A stretch of 64,000 nt of DNA from an uncultured Oscillospiraceae bacterium. GTDB taxonomy: Bacteria > Bacillota > Clostridia > Oscillospirales > Oscillospiraceae. How positions within the stretch are numbered: position 1 is the first letter of the stretch; each line of letters opens with the position of its first letter. The notes under the pieces are model-generated. The model was not told the origin of the DNA, made no database searches, and saw nothing but the letters and a program-made list of their open reading frames with translations. Of this stretch, positions 38,841-48,031 are shown in pieces. The stretch is from NCBI GenBank assembly GCA_905233385.1, contig CAJOEH010000022.1, forward strand, positions 846 through 64,845, written 5' to 3'. The translations under genes were made by a program, and so were the position numbers.

Positions 38841-39087
38841 TGCCCTCTCCTTTGTGCTCCGTCGGATCGACGTAGTCCTTGGTCTTGACGATGTAGTAGA
38901 TCATGCTGTAAAAGCCGAACGCCACGCCGAGCACGATGGCGACGACCATCGCCCATTTGCCCCAGCCGCAGCGGTTGTGCAGATACCAGCCGCCGAGGAC
39001 CAGAAGCCCCGCGGGAACGATCATGCTGAACGCCGCCTGAAAGATAAAATTCAGCGCGTAGACCGCTTTGATGAGCTTTTTCGGCAT
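38824..39087 (-). CDS. AtpZ/AtpI-family 2-TM protein
   Basis: Two TM helices with GGWYL; first gene of the atp operon; start MPKKL after GAAGG. Confidence 0.75.
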   Translation of the reverse strand: MPKKLIKAVYALNFIFQAAFSMIVPAGLLVLGGWYLHNRCGWGKWAMVVAIVLGVAFGFYSMIYYIVKTKDYVDPTEHKGEGNGTSE

Positions 39088-39136
39088 CGCACGACCTTCC
39101 TTTTCAAGGCATAATCCAAAGTTTCCCTTGTACATG

Positions 39137-39165
39137 ATTGTACAGCAAGATCAAAGAAAAAGCAA
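39137..39165 (-). promoter_or_regulatory. atp operon promoter
   Basis: TTGCTT-N17-TACAAT. Confidence 0.6.
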
Positions 39166-39220
39166 CCTTTCTTTCCTTTCGGCCGCAAAAAATCGCGCCG
39201 AAAAAAACCTCGTCCCTCGG

Positions 39221-39249
39221 TTGACAAGCAGAGGGCTTTTCAATATAAT
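39221..39249 (+). promoter_or_regulatory. Consensus sigmaA promoter of metY2-metAA
   Basis: TTGACA-N17-TATAAT. Confidence 0.85.
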
Positions 39250-39292
39250 AAATGAAACAATTTTCTGATGATTTCCGCGAGAGGTGTTCCTT

Positions 39293-40579
39293 ATGAGTGA
39301 AAAACTCCGTCCCGAAACCTTATGTATCCAGGCGGGCTACAGCCCGAAGAACGGCGAGCCGCGCCAGATCCCCATCATCCAGAGCACGACCTACCGCTAT
39401 GAGAGCGCGGAGGCGATGGCGAAGCTGTTCGATCTGGAGGCAACCGGCTATTTCTATTCCCGCCTTGCCAATCCCACCTGCGACATGGTCGCCGCGAAGA
39501 TCGCGGCGCTCGAGGGCGGCGCCGCCGCCATGCTGACCGGCTCCGGTCAGGCGGCGAACTTCTTCGCGGTCTTCAACCTCGCCGGCTGCGGCGATCACGT
39601 CGTCGCCTCCGCGAGCATCTACGGCGGCACCTTCAATCTCTTCGCCGTCACGATGCAGCGCATGGGCGTCGAGTTCACCTTCGTCGATCCCGAATGCTCC
39701 GACGACGAGCTGAACGCCGCGTTCCGCCCGAACACGAAGGCGCTCTTCGGCGAGACGATCGCCAATCCCGCGCTGACGGTGCTGGACATCGAGAGATTCG
39801 CCCGCGCCGCGCACGCGCACGGCGTTCCCCTGATCGTGGACAACACCTTCGCCACGCCGATCAACTGCCGCCCGTTTGAATGGGGCGCGGACATCGTGAC
39901 CCACTCGACCACGAAGTATCTGGACGGCCACGGCGCGACGGTCGGCGGCTGCATCGTCGACAGCGGAAGATTCGATTGGATGGCGCACAAAGAGAAATTC
40001 CCCGGCCTCTGCACCCCGGACGAGAGCTATCACGGCGTCGTCTACGCGGAGAAGTTCGGCAAAGAAGGCGCCTTCATCACCAAGGCGACCGCGCAGCTCA
40101 TGCGCGACTTCGGCGCCGTGCAGTCCCCGCAGAACGCGTACTACCTCAACCTCGGTCTGGAGAGCCTGCCTCTGCGGGTCCGTCGGCACTGCGAAACCGC
40201 GCAGAAGATCGCGGAGCACCTAAAGATGCATGACAAGATCGCGTGGGTCAGCTACTGCGGCCTGCCAGGCGACAAATACTACGAGCGGGCGAAGAAATAC
40301 CTGCCAAACGGCTCGTGCGGCGTCATTTCCTTCGGCGTGAAGGGCGGCAGAAACGCGGCGGCCGCCTTCATGGGCAACCTCAAGCTCGCCGCCATCGAGA
40401 CCCACGTTGCCGACGCGCGCACCTGCTGCCTGCACCCCGCCGGCACGACCCACCGCCAGATGACCGACGAGCAGCTCGCCGCCGCGGGCGTCAGAGCCGA
40501 CCTCGTGCGTCTGAGCTGCGGTCTGGAAAACGCGGACGATCTGATCGCCGACATCGATCAGGCGCTGGCCGCGATCTAA
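39293..40579 (+). CDS. metY: Second O-acetylhomoserine aminocarboxypropyltransferase
   Basis: QIPIIQSTTY, YSRLANPT and THSTTKYLDGHG motifs; ATG 39293 after GAGGTG. Confidence 0.92.
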   Translation: MSEKLRPETLCIQAGYSPKNGEPRQIPIIQSTTYRYESAEAMAKLFDLEATGYFYSRLANPTCDMVAAKIAALEGGAAAMLTGSGQAANFFAVFNLAGCGDHVVASASIYGGTFNLFAVTMQRMGVEFTFVDPECSDDELNAAFRPNTKALFGETIANPALTVLDIERFARAAHAHGVPLIVDNTFATPINCRPFEWGADIVTHSTTKYLDGHGATVGGCIVDSGRFDWMAHKEKFPGLCTPDESYHGVVYAEKFGKEGAFITKATAQLMRDFGAVQSPQNAYYLNLGLESLPLRVRRHCETAQKIAEHLKMHDKIAWVSYCGLPGDKYYERAKKYLPNGSCGVISFGVKGGRNAAAAFMGNLKLAAIETHVADARTCCLHPAGTTHRQMTDEQLAAAGVRADLVRLSCGLENADDLIADIDQALAAI

Positions 40580-40603
40580 CGAAACAGCAAAGGAGCATAT
40601 CGA

Positions 40604-41515
40604 ATGCCCATCAAGATACCCAACAATCTGCCGGCGACCGCCACCTTGCAGTCGGAGAACATCTTCGTCATGACGGAGACCCGCGCGACGACGCAGGACA
40701 TCCGACCGCTGGAGATCCTCATCCTCAACCTCATGCCGACGAAGATCGAGACCGAGACGCAGTTCGCGCGTCTGCTCGGCAACAGCCCGCTGCAGGTGCA
40801 TCTGGAATTCCTGCACACCCGCTCCCACGTCGCGAAGAACGTCTCCGCGGAGCACCTGTTCGCCTTCTACAAAACCTTCGACGAGATCCGCGCGAAGAAA
40901 TTCGACGGCATGATCATCACCGGAGCGCCGGTGGAGCACCTGCCCTTCGAGGAGGTGGAATACTGGGACGAGCTCTGCGAGATCATGGAATGGAGCAAGA
41001 CCCACGTCCACAGCACCCTGCATATCTGCTGGGGCGCGCAGGCGGCGCTGTACTACCATTTCGGCATTAAGAAGTACCCCCTGCCCGAGAAGCTCTTCGG
41101 CGTGTTCCCGCATAGAGTGGAATACAAAAATCCCATCCTTTTGCGCGGCTTCGACGAGGTCTTCATGGTGCCGCACTCCCGCCACACCACCGTGCGCCGC
41201 GAGGACATCGAGGCGATCCCCGAGCTGAAGATCGCCGCGGGCAGCGATGAGGCGGGCGTCTACGCCGTCTTCACCGCGGGCGGCCATCAGGTCTTTCTGA
41301 CCGGCCACTCGGAGTATGACCCCGACACCTTGAAGCGCGAATACGAGCGCGACAAGGCGCTCGGCCTGCCGATCGCCGTCCCGAAGAACTACTTCCCGAA
41401 CGACGACGACACCCGGTCGCCGATCGTGAGCTGGCGCGGCCACGCCCACCTGCTCTTCTCCAACTGGCTGAACTACTTCGTCTACCAGACCACGCCGTAC
41501 GATTTCACAAAATAG
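40604..41515 (+). CDS. metAA: Homoserine O-acetyltransferase (MetA family)
   Basis: [16 protein letters not shown] and GHSEY; TGAPVE has Glu at the acetyl/succinyl determinant (E. coli succinyltransferase has Gly). Confidence 0.9.
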   Translation: MPIKIPNNLPATATLQSENIFVMTETRATTQDIRPLEILILNLMPTKIETETQFARLLGNSPLQVHLEFLHTRSHVAKNVSAEHLFAFYKTFDEIRAKKFDGMIITGAPVEHLPFEEVEYWDELCEIMEWSKTHVHSTLHICWGAQAALYYHFGIKKYPLPEKLFGVFPHRVEYKNPILLRGFDEVFMVPHSRHTTVRREDIEAIPELKIAAGSDEAGVYAVFTAGGHQVFLTGHSEYDPDTLKREYERDKALGLPIAVPKNYFPNDDDTRSPIVSWRGHAHLLFSNWLNYFVYQTTPYDFTK

Positions 41516-41531
41516 CAAATACACTCCGTTT

Positions 41532-41647
41532 TGTCATTACCCGGCTCGCCCGGGTAATCCGTCCGTCACAGAATCGGGAACTGTATCTAATCTCGTAAAG
41601 AGTCTAACTCTGATACGGACAGATTGCCCCATGCGGGGCAATGACAG
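41532..41647. repeat. TGTC-tagged palindromic element
   Basis: TGTCATTACCCG...GGGGCAATGACAG. Confidence 0.78.
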
Positions 41648-41685
41648 GGTTGTTGCTGATAACTTTTGTTTCGACAATCAATAAC

Positions 41686-41725
41686 AAAACACCCCGCTGC
41701 TGTCATAACAGCAGCGGGGTGTTTT
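41686..41725. terminator. Bidirectional terminator
   Basis: AAAACACCCCGCTGCTGT-cata-ACAGCAGCGGGGTGTTTT. Confidence 0.85.
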
Positions 41726-41744
41726 CATGCGCCGAAGGCGCAAT

Positions 41745-42482
41745 TCATTTGTTGGGGTACGGTTTCCCGGTCAGAGCCTCGAAGGAGGTCCTGACCGCCG
41801 CCTCCGAGATATCGCAGGTAAGCAGGTAGACCGGCGTCTGCCGCAGGATCTGATCGAGCAGTCCCATCGTCAGGAACAGCGCTTCCTTGTCGCGCGGCAG
41901 ATAGACCTGCTGGATGATGAGCTTCATGCAGTCCTTCGGCTCCACGCGCTCGATCTTATTCTCGTCGCCGCGCTGCAGCAGGCAGATCCCGCGCAGCGGG
42001 ACGATACAGTTCTTCTGCCAGCCTTCCTTGCCCGCCCAGGGGGTCGAGCAAATCTCCGGCTCCTCGCCCGTCATCCGCAGCAGGGGCTTGTCGCCGTTGA
42101 CGACCTCGACCTTGTCGCCGAGATGCTCGCGCCAGAGGCTGATGTGCGTGGTCTTGCCCGTGCCGCTCAGCGCGCCGAACAGGTAGCCCTCGCTCTCGTA
42201 GGAGATCGCGGCGCAGTGAAACAGGAAGCTGCCAAAATACGGGCTGCGCTCCGCGATGCAACGAAAAATGCAGGATTTTTCGGCGTTCAGCTCGCCGACG
42301 GAGGGATCCGCTTCCAGCTCCGCCGCAACGCCCTCCGGCGACACGGTCGCGACGATGTCCGCGCCGTTCTCCGGCTTTTCGATCCGGTAGTCGCGGAAAA
42401 AGCGCGGGATCCGTCTGCGGATATAGTTGATCTCCACGGTCATCCCCGCGAGAGAAATGTAAATCTGATTCTCGTTTTCCAT
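41745..42482 (-). CDS. HprK-related/ScmC-like P-loop protein of unknown function
   Basis: FHCAAI, GALSGTGKTTH, VNGDKP and STPWAG motifs. Confidence 0.75.
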   Translation of the reverse strand: MENENQIYISLAGMTVEINYIRRRIPRFFRDYRIEKPENGADIVATVSPEGVAAELEADPSVGELNAEKSCIFRCIAERSPYFGSFLFHCAAISYESEGYLFGALSGTGKTTHISLWREHLGDKVEVVNGDKPLLRMTGEEPEICSTPWAGKEGWQKNCIVPLRGICLLQRGDENKIERVEPKDCMKLIIQQVYLPRDKEALFLTMGLLDQILRQTPVYLLTCDISEAAVRTSFEALTGKPYPNK

Positions 42483-42493
42483 GGTTGCTCCAC

Positions 42494-43768
42494 TTATCTT
42501 CCCGCCGCAGACAAATAGGCGGCAAAGGAATAAAGATCGGTATAGCGCGAGACGTAGTAGCGATTGACGAGGAACGGATCGGACGAGGTGTTGTACAGGC
42601 CGCCGTTCATCTTGATGCCGAACATATAATACTGCGGTCCGAGCTCAAGCGTAAAATCGTTGTATCTGCCGGTCGGATAGCACAGCACGATGGGCTCCTT
42701 GCCCGCAATGCGGGTGATGATCTTCTTGGACTGCGCCAGTTCGTACATCGTATCGTCGTAGCCCAGGCCGTCCAGATCCGGGTGGGTGTAGGTGTGGCTC
42801 TGGATGGACACGTAGCCGGAGGTGGACATCTCGCGGATCTGCTTTTCCGTCGCCATGTGCTGCTGGTTGTTGGGCGCGCTGCCGATGACGAAGATCGTCG
42901 CCTTGACGCCGTACTTCTTCAGCAGCGGGAACAGATTCGTATAGTTGTCCTCATAGCCGTCGTCGAAGGTCAGGATCACGGGCTTGTCGTAGTCTTCCAG
43001 GTGCGACAGGTCCTCGAACCAAATCGCGTCGTAGCCGTTGTCGACGATGTAGGCAAGCTGCGCCTCCATGTCCGACGGGCTGACGAACAACTCGTCGATG
43101 CTGCTCCATATCTCGTCGCTGACGGCGTGGTACATCAGGACCGGCACGTTCACGCCCTGCGGGATCTCAAAGCGCCGCGCGGACGGCGTGTAGTAGTGCA
43201 CGCCGGTGTCCTCGTCGACGTACAGCGGGCAGTCCATCGCCGCGATCAGCTCGTCGAACGGCAGATACAGCACGTGCACATCGGCAGGCTGGCTGCCGCC
43301 GTCGGGATCGGCAGGGCCGCCGTCAAACCCGACAGCGGGCGCAACGACGCCTTCGATCTGCCTGCCGTTGATGCTCACGGCGGTATCGGTCTCTTCAAAG
43401 CTGTCGATGCCGTAGAGCTTCAGCGACACGTTCTCGAAATACAGCTCCAGAGCGTTCGCGAAGTCGTTCCGCTCGATCATGCGCACACCGTCGATGAAAT
43501 ACGTTGAAACGCGGAAGCCGTTGAGGACGGAAACCTGCTCGTCCGGCACGATCTCGATCACCGGCTCGGTCGGAAGCTCCTCGGTCGTCGCGGGCTCCGT
43601 GGCCGCCTGCGTCGCCTCTGTCGGGAGGGCGCTCTCGGTCGCGGACTCCGTCGGCGCTTCGGTCGGGTCGGTCTGCGGCGACGGCTGTTTCCCCGTAAAG
43701 TACAGGACCGCCGCGGCGATCAGCAGGACGGCAAGCAAAACAGAAAGGATAACGATCGCTTTTTTCAT
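42494..43768 (-). CDS. Membrane-anchored polysaccharide deacetylase (CE4)
   Basis: N-terminal TM and T/E/P-rich linker; PVLMYH, LTFDDGY, QSHTYTH and CYPTG motifs. Confidence 0.9.
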   Translation of the reverse strand: MKKAIVILSVLLAVLLIAAAVLYFTGKQPSPQTDPTEAPTESATESALPTEATQAATEPATTEELPTEPVIEIVPDEQVSVLNGFRVSTYFIDGVRMIERNDFANALELYFENVSLKLYGIDSFEETDTAVSINGRQIEGVVAPAVGFDGGPADPDGGSQPADVHVLYLPFDELIAAMDCPLYVDEDTGVHYYTPSARRFEIPQGVNVPVLMYHAVSDEIWSSIDELFVSPSDMEAQLAYIVDNGYDAIWFEDLSHLEDYDKPVILTFDDGYEDNYTNLFPLLKKYGVKATIFVIGSAPNNQQHMATEKQIREMSTSGYVSIQSHTYTHPDLDGLGYDDTMYELAQSKKIITRIAGKEPIVLCYPTGRYNDFTLELGPQYYMFGIKMNGGLYNTSSDPFLVNRYYVSRYTDLYSFAAYLSAAGR

Positions 43769-43774
43769 GCCGGT

Positions 43775-44230
43775 TTACTTCTCTTCCAGGATCTTGTTCA
43801 GTTCGTGCATGAAGCTGTTGATGTCCTTGAACTGGCGGTAGACCGAGGCGAAACGCACGTAGGCGACCTCGTCGAGCGGCTTGAGGCGTTCCATGACCAG
43901 CTCGCCGATCTTGCCGGTGCTGACCTCGCGCTCAAGGGAGTTCTGGACGATCTGCTCGATCTCCGAGACCGCCGCTTCCAGATCCGCCATCGCGACCGGT
44001 CGCTTCTCGCAGGCGCGCACCATGCCGCGCAGGATCTTGTTGCGGTCAAACGGCTCGCGGCTGTTGTCCTTCTTCACCACGACGACCGGCAGGCTTTCGA
44101 CGGTCTCGTAGGTGGTGAAGCGCTTCTGGCAGGACAGGCACTCTCTGCGGCGGCGGATGCTGCTGCCGTCCTCGGAGTGGCGGGAGTCGACGACCTTGCT
44201 TTCCTGATAACCACAATACGGGCACTTCAT
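43775..44230 (-). CDS. nrdR: Transcriptional repressor NrdR
   Basis: [20 protein letters not shown] cone and [13 protein letters not shown]. Confidence 0.97.
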   Translation of the reverse strand: MKCPYCGYQESKVVDSRHSEDGSSIRRRRECLSCQKRFTTYETVESLPVVVVKKDNSREPFDRNKILRGMVRACEKRPVAMADLEAAVSEIEQIVQNSLEREVSTGKIGELVMERLKPLDEVAYVRFASVYRQFKDINSFMHELNKILEEK

Positions 44231-44248
44231 AGCAATTTCTCCTTTTTC

Positions 44249-44264
44249 GCACAATATCTAGCTA
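44249..44264. promoter_or_regulatory. Candidate NrdR box upstream of nrdR
   Basis: GCACAATATCTAGCTA matches all strongly conserved positions of acaCwAtATaTwGtgt. Confidence 0.45.
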
Positions 44265-44301
44265 TATATTATCAGAGAAGCCACAAATTGTCTACCCCTT
44301 T

Positions 44302-44577
44302 TTACGAATTATTCAGTTCGTCCTCCGCGACCTCCCGCAGGGTGCAGGGCGTCACGGCGTTCCGGGACAGCCGCTTAAGGAAGTCCCGGATCCGTCCGTA
44401 GGACGCGGTGAGGTCGCGCACCGCCGCGCGTTCTTTTTCCCTGCCGCGGCGCATGACGATCTCCGCGCCGTAGCGCGTGATCCCGTCCGTTTTTTCTTCC
44501 GTGATCCGGTACAGCAGCGCGGCCTCCTCGCCGTTCTCGCAGCGGACGCGCCGCCGCGCAAAGGTTCTTTTTGTCAT
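44302..44577 (-). CDS. DUF6514-like small protein
   Basis: LLYRI..YGAEI..VRDLT..LSRNAVTPCTLREVAED pattern; GGAGG RBS. Confidence 0.7.
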   Translation of the reverse strand: MTKRTFARRRVRCENGEEAALLYRITEEKTDGITRYGAEIVMRRGREKERAAVRDLTASYGRIRDFLKRLSRNAVTPCTLREVAEDELNNS

Positions 44578-44618
44578 AGTACATTCCTCCCCTTAACAGC
44601 CGCCGTGCGTTCCGTTCC

Positions 44619-44862
44619 GTGTCATTGCGAGACTGCCTACAGGGCAGTCGTGGCAATCTGTGCGTCTCGACGCGGGACATATATCCGATCGACGCTGATA
44701 CGCAAGGATTGTCATTGCCCGCTTCTCGCGGGCAATCCGTGTGTATCGATGCGAGACGCTCTTCATAATTCGTAACAGATTCCATTCCTGCAACGGACAG
44801 ATTGCCCGAACAAGTCGGGCAATGACACCCCTGAGAGACTTCCGCAATGAGCATTGCGCATT
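44619..44862. repeat. Tandem TGTC-tagged elements plus heptamers
   Basis: GTGTCATTGCGAG..GTGGCAATC, then TGTCATTGCCCG..CGGGCAATGACAC, then GCAATGAGCATTGCGCATTG. Confidence 0.78.
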
Positions 44863-45144
44863 GTGATCGCGCGTTCGGCGGTACATCCGATTGAAGCACA
44901 CTTCCGCGCTGAATTCTATTCTTTTCGCCCGTCAAAATTCGACTTCCTCCGCTGATACCGACGCATAAAGTTCGGATTCCGCCGGAAATACCGAAAACGC
45001 CCCGCCGCGCGGCGGCGTTTTCTTCTCTCCGCCTGTCGCATTCTGTCGGGAAAGATATTTTTTCGCAGGTTTTTCGGGGAAATGATTGCGCAGTTTCTGC
45101 CGTTATGATATAATTGTTGTATCTTTTGAAAAGGGAGGACTCCT

Positions 45145-46719
45145 ATGAAACTGAAAACTGTGCTCTGGGGCGGCGACAAGCCCGGCAGAGCCGTAACCCT
45201 CGGCATTCAGCACGTCTTCGCCATGTTCGGCTCCACGGTCCTCGTTCCCGCGCTGACCGGTCTGAACCCGGCGGTCACCCTGTTCTGCATGGGCGTCGGC
45301 ACGCTGATCTTCCACCTGGTCACCAAGGGCGTCGTGCCCGCCTTTATGGGCTCCAGCTTCTCGTTTATCGCCTCCATCTGCGCCGTCGCGGCGAAGTGCG
45401 GCGGCGAAACGGCCGACTTTGCCCCCTACGTCGGCTGGGGCATCATGGCGTCCGGCGTCTTGTACCTGATCCTGTCGCTTCTGGTCAAGCTGCTCGGCAC
45501 CAAGCGCATCACCTCGTTCTTCCCGCCCATCGTCACGGGCTGTATGATCATCATCATCGGCATGATGCTCGCGCCGACCGCGATGAGCAACATCACCACC
45601 GTCCGCGGCGAAGTTCCGGCGAACGCGACCGTCGTCGTCAAAGAGGGCGACGCGCAGAGCGATCCCTTCGTCTATTGCGATTACACCTATGACGCCGATC
45701 ACGGCTACACCGTCTCCGGCTGGATCGAGTCGAAGTATCTGACGCCGAAAGCCGATTACGAGGCCGACGAGGTCAACGGTATCGCCGCCTATACCAACAG
45801 CGGCGCGGATTATATCGTCGCGAACGTGAAGGGCGTTTCGATGCGCAGTGAAGCTGACGCGGACGCCGCAAGCGTCTCAGGCACGGCCCTGTGGAAAAAC
45901 TGGGTCGTCGCGATCGTCACGATCGCCGTCATCGTCATCGTCATGTTCTTCTTCCGCGGCTTCTGGAAACTCATCCCGATCCTCTTCGGCATCGTCGCAG
46001 GCTATCTCACCTCGCTTGCGCTCGGCATGGTCAATACGCAGCCGCTCGCGGAGGCGAGCTGGTTCGCCCTGCCGAAGTTCACGCCGTTCTTCCAGGGGAC
46101 GAACTGGGGTCTGGTCGTCTTCGCGATCACCATGATCGCCCCGATCTCCATCGTCACCTTCGTTGAGCACGTCGGCGACATCACCGCCAACGGCGCCGTC
46201 ACCGGCCACAACTACATCGAGGATCCCGGCCTGCACCGCACCCTGCTCGGCTGCGGCCTCGCCTCCGTCTTCTCCGGCGGCATGGGCGGTCCCGCCGCGA
46301 CCACCTACTCCGAGAACACCGGCGTGCTGGCCGCGACCCGCAACTACAACCCCGCGACCCTTCGGATCGCCGCCGTTTTCGCCATCATTCTTTCCCTGTT
46401 CGGGAAGGTCTCCGGCCTGCTCGGCAGCATCCCCTCGGCCGTCATGGGCGGCGTCTCCGTCGTCCTGTTCGGCATGATCGCCTCGGTCGGTCTGCGGATG
46501 CTCGTTGAGAACCACGTGGACTTCACCAAGAGCTACAACCTGATCATCGCCGCCGTCATGCTGGTCATCGGCCTCGGCCTGTCCGGCGGCATCACCGTCG
46601 GCAGCGTCACGGTCAGCGGCACCGCGATCGCGGCTGTCCTCGGCGTCATCCTCGCGAAGATCCTCCCGCAGAAGGAGAGCGAGGAGCGGCAGCGGGAAAA
46701 GGCCGCCGCAAAGAAATAA
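45145..46719 (+). CDS. uraA: NCS2/NAT uracil permease with a roughly 100-aa soluble insertion
   Basis: QHVFAMFG, EHVGD and TTYSENTGV motifs; hydrophilic insert at aa about 150-247. Confidence 0.88.
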   Translation: MKLKTVLWGGDKPGRAVTLGIQHVFAMFGSTVLVPALTGLNPAVTLFCMGVGTLIFHLVTKGVVPAFMGSSFSFIASICAVAAKCGGETADFAPYVGWGIMASGVLYLILSLLVKLLGTKRITSFFPPIVTGCMIIIIGMMLAPTAMSNITTVRGEVPANATVVVKEGDAQSDPFVYCDYTYDADHGYTVSGWIESKYLTPKADYEADEVNGIAAYTNSGADYIVANVKGVSMRSEADADAASVSGTALWKNWVVAIVTIAVIVIVMFFFRGFWKLIPILFGIVAGYLTSLALGMVNTQPLAEASWFALPKFTPFFQGTNWGLVVFAITMIAPISIVTFVEHVGDITANGAVTGHNYIEDPGLHRTLLGCGLASVFSGGMGGPAATTYSENTGVLAATRNYNPATLRIAAVFAIILSLFGKVSGLLGSIPSAVMGGVSVVLFGMIASVGLRMLVENHVDFTKSYNLIIAAVMLVIGLGLSGGITVGSVTVSGTAIAAVLGVILAKILPQKESEERQREKAAAKK

Positions 46720-46782
46720 ACGCACGCAGACCGCAGGGGCAGATCGCTCTGCCCCTGCTTGTTTTCGTAAGGAGGTGCTTGT

Positions 46783-47874
46783 ATGGCACTGAAACAGGAA
46801 CGCAACTACGGCATTGATCTTTTGCGCATGGTCGCCATGTTTATGGTGACCGTCCTTCACGTGCTCGGACAGGGCGGCGTGATCGCGCGCGCATATGCCG
46901 GTACGGCCCAATACACGATCACGTGGTTTTTGGAGCTTGCGGCCTTCGGCGCCGTCAATCTCTATGCGCTGATCTCCGGCTACGTCGGCGTGAACGGCAG
47001 ATACAGAGTGAGCAATCTCGCCGTTCTGTGGCTTCAGGTCTTCCTCTATTCTTTCGGCATTGCCGTTGCGTTCGCGATCATCCGCCCGGATGTTATCAGC
47101 GGCTCCGGTCTGCTGGAATACGCTTTCCCCGTGATCACGAAAAAGTACTGGTATTTCTCCGGCTACGTATGTCTCTTCCTCTTTATTCCGTTGCTGAACG
47201 CAGGGATCAACGCACTGAGCAAGCAGGCTCTGCGCCGCATTATGGCAGCCATGTTCCTCGTTTTTTCAGTCGCCGCTTCCATTGCAAGAGAGGAATCGTA
47301 CGATACGTTCATCCTTGTCGCCGGATACAGCGGGCTGTGGCTGATGATCCTGTACGTCTTGGGCGGCTATATACGGAAATACGGCATGTGGGAAAAGATC
47401 CCGCAGCCCGCACTGCTTGCGATCTACTTTGGCTGTACGTTGCTCTCCTACGTATGCAAGCGTTTCATTCCCGGCGCGAAGTTCCCTGCCTCCTACATTT
47501 CTCCGCTGATCCTTCTTGGGAGCGTCGCCCTGCTGCTGTTCTTCTCACGGCTCAGATGCGGCAATATCACAAAGAAGCTCGTCGCGCTCTTTGCTCCTGC
47601 CGCCTTCGGTGTGTACATCATCCATGTCCATCCATTGATCTGGGAGCATATCATGGCGGATCGCTTCGCCTTTATCGCGACGATGCACCCGTTTGTGATG
47701 CGGCTGGTCGTCTTGCTGTGCGCATTCGCAATTTATCTGGTCTGCTCCCTCGTCGATCTGGTCCGCATTCAGCTTTTCAAGCTCCTGCGGATCAAGCAGG
47801 GCTGTCAGGCGTTGGAGAAAAAGCTCTTCAAAGAGGACGAGGAAGAAAAACAAAGGGTCGGGAATCGCAAATAA
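46783..47874 (+). CDS. Acyltransferase-3 (OafA-like) membrane protein
   Basis: RNYGIDLLRMVAMFMVTVLH, VNLYALISGY, YWYFSGY and FGVYIIH motifs. Confidence 0.9.
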   Translation: MALKQERNYGIDLLRMVAMFMVTVLHVLGQGGVIARAYAGTAQYTITWFLELAAFGAVNLYALISGYVGVNGRYRVSNLAVLWLQVFLYSFGIAVAFAIIRPDVISGSGLLEYAFPVITKKYWYFSGYVCLFLFIPLLNAGINALSKQALRRIMAAMFLVFSVAASIAREESYDTFILVAGYSGLWLMILYVLGGYIRKYGMWEKIPQPALLAIYFGCTLLSYVCKRFIPGAKFPASYISPLILLGSVALLLFFSRLRCGNITKKLVALFAPAAFGVYIIHVHPLIWEHIMADRFAFIATMHPFVMRLVVLLCAFAIYLVCSLVDLVRIQLFKLLRIKQGCQALEKKLFKEDEEEKQRVGNRK

Positions 47875-47980
47875 GCTGAGGAGAGTCGAACGCAAGCCGT
47901 CTCTGCGCGGCTCTTTTCGGTCCTTTTCGGCTTGTTGTCCTTGCCTTGCGTCAGCAAGGCTGCGTCCGCCTTCCCTGGCG
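47874..47980. repeat. Second AAGCTGAGGAGAG repeat copy plus palindromic tail
   Basis: Matches 16360-16391; CCTTGC..GCAAGG hairpin. Confidence 0.6.
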
Positions 47981-47983
47981 AAC

Positions 47984-48017
47984 AAAACGGAGACCGCGAA
48001 TACGCGGTCTCCGTTTT
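47984..48017. terminator. Bidirectional terminator
   Basis: AAAACGGAGACCGCG-aata-CGCGGTCTCCGTTTT. Confidence 0.85.
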
Positions 48018-48031
48018 GTTGATTTATCGTT

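Noticed and set aside
44375-44935. Short ORFs over intergenic repeats (also 434-649, 20562-20881, 31190-31458, 59404-59766, 62712-63190)
   Set aside because: They translate palindromic repeat sequence; no RBS and atypical codon usage.
45060-45144. PyrR attenuator upstream of uraA
   Set aside because: The UTR after the TATAAT is only about 30 nt and has no ARUCCAGAGAGGYU loop or terminator.
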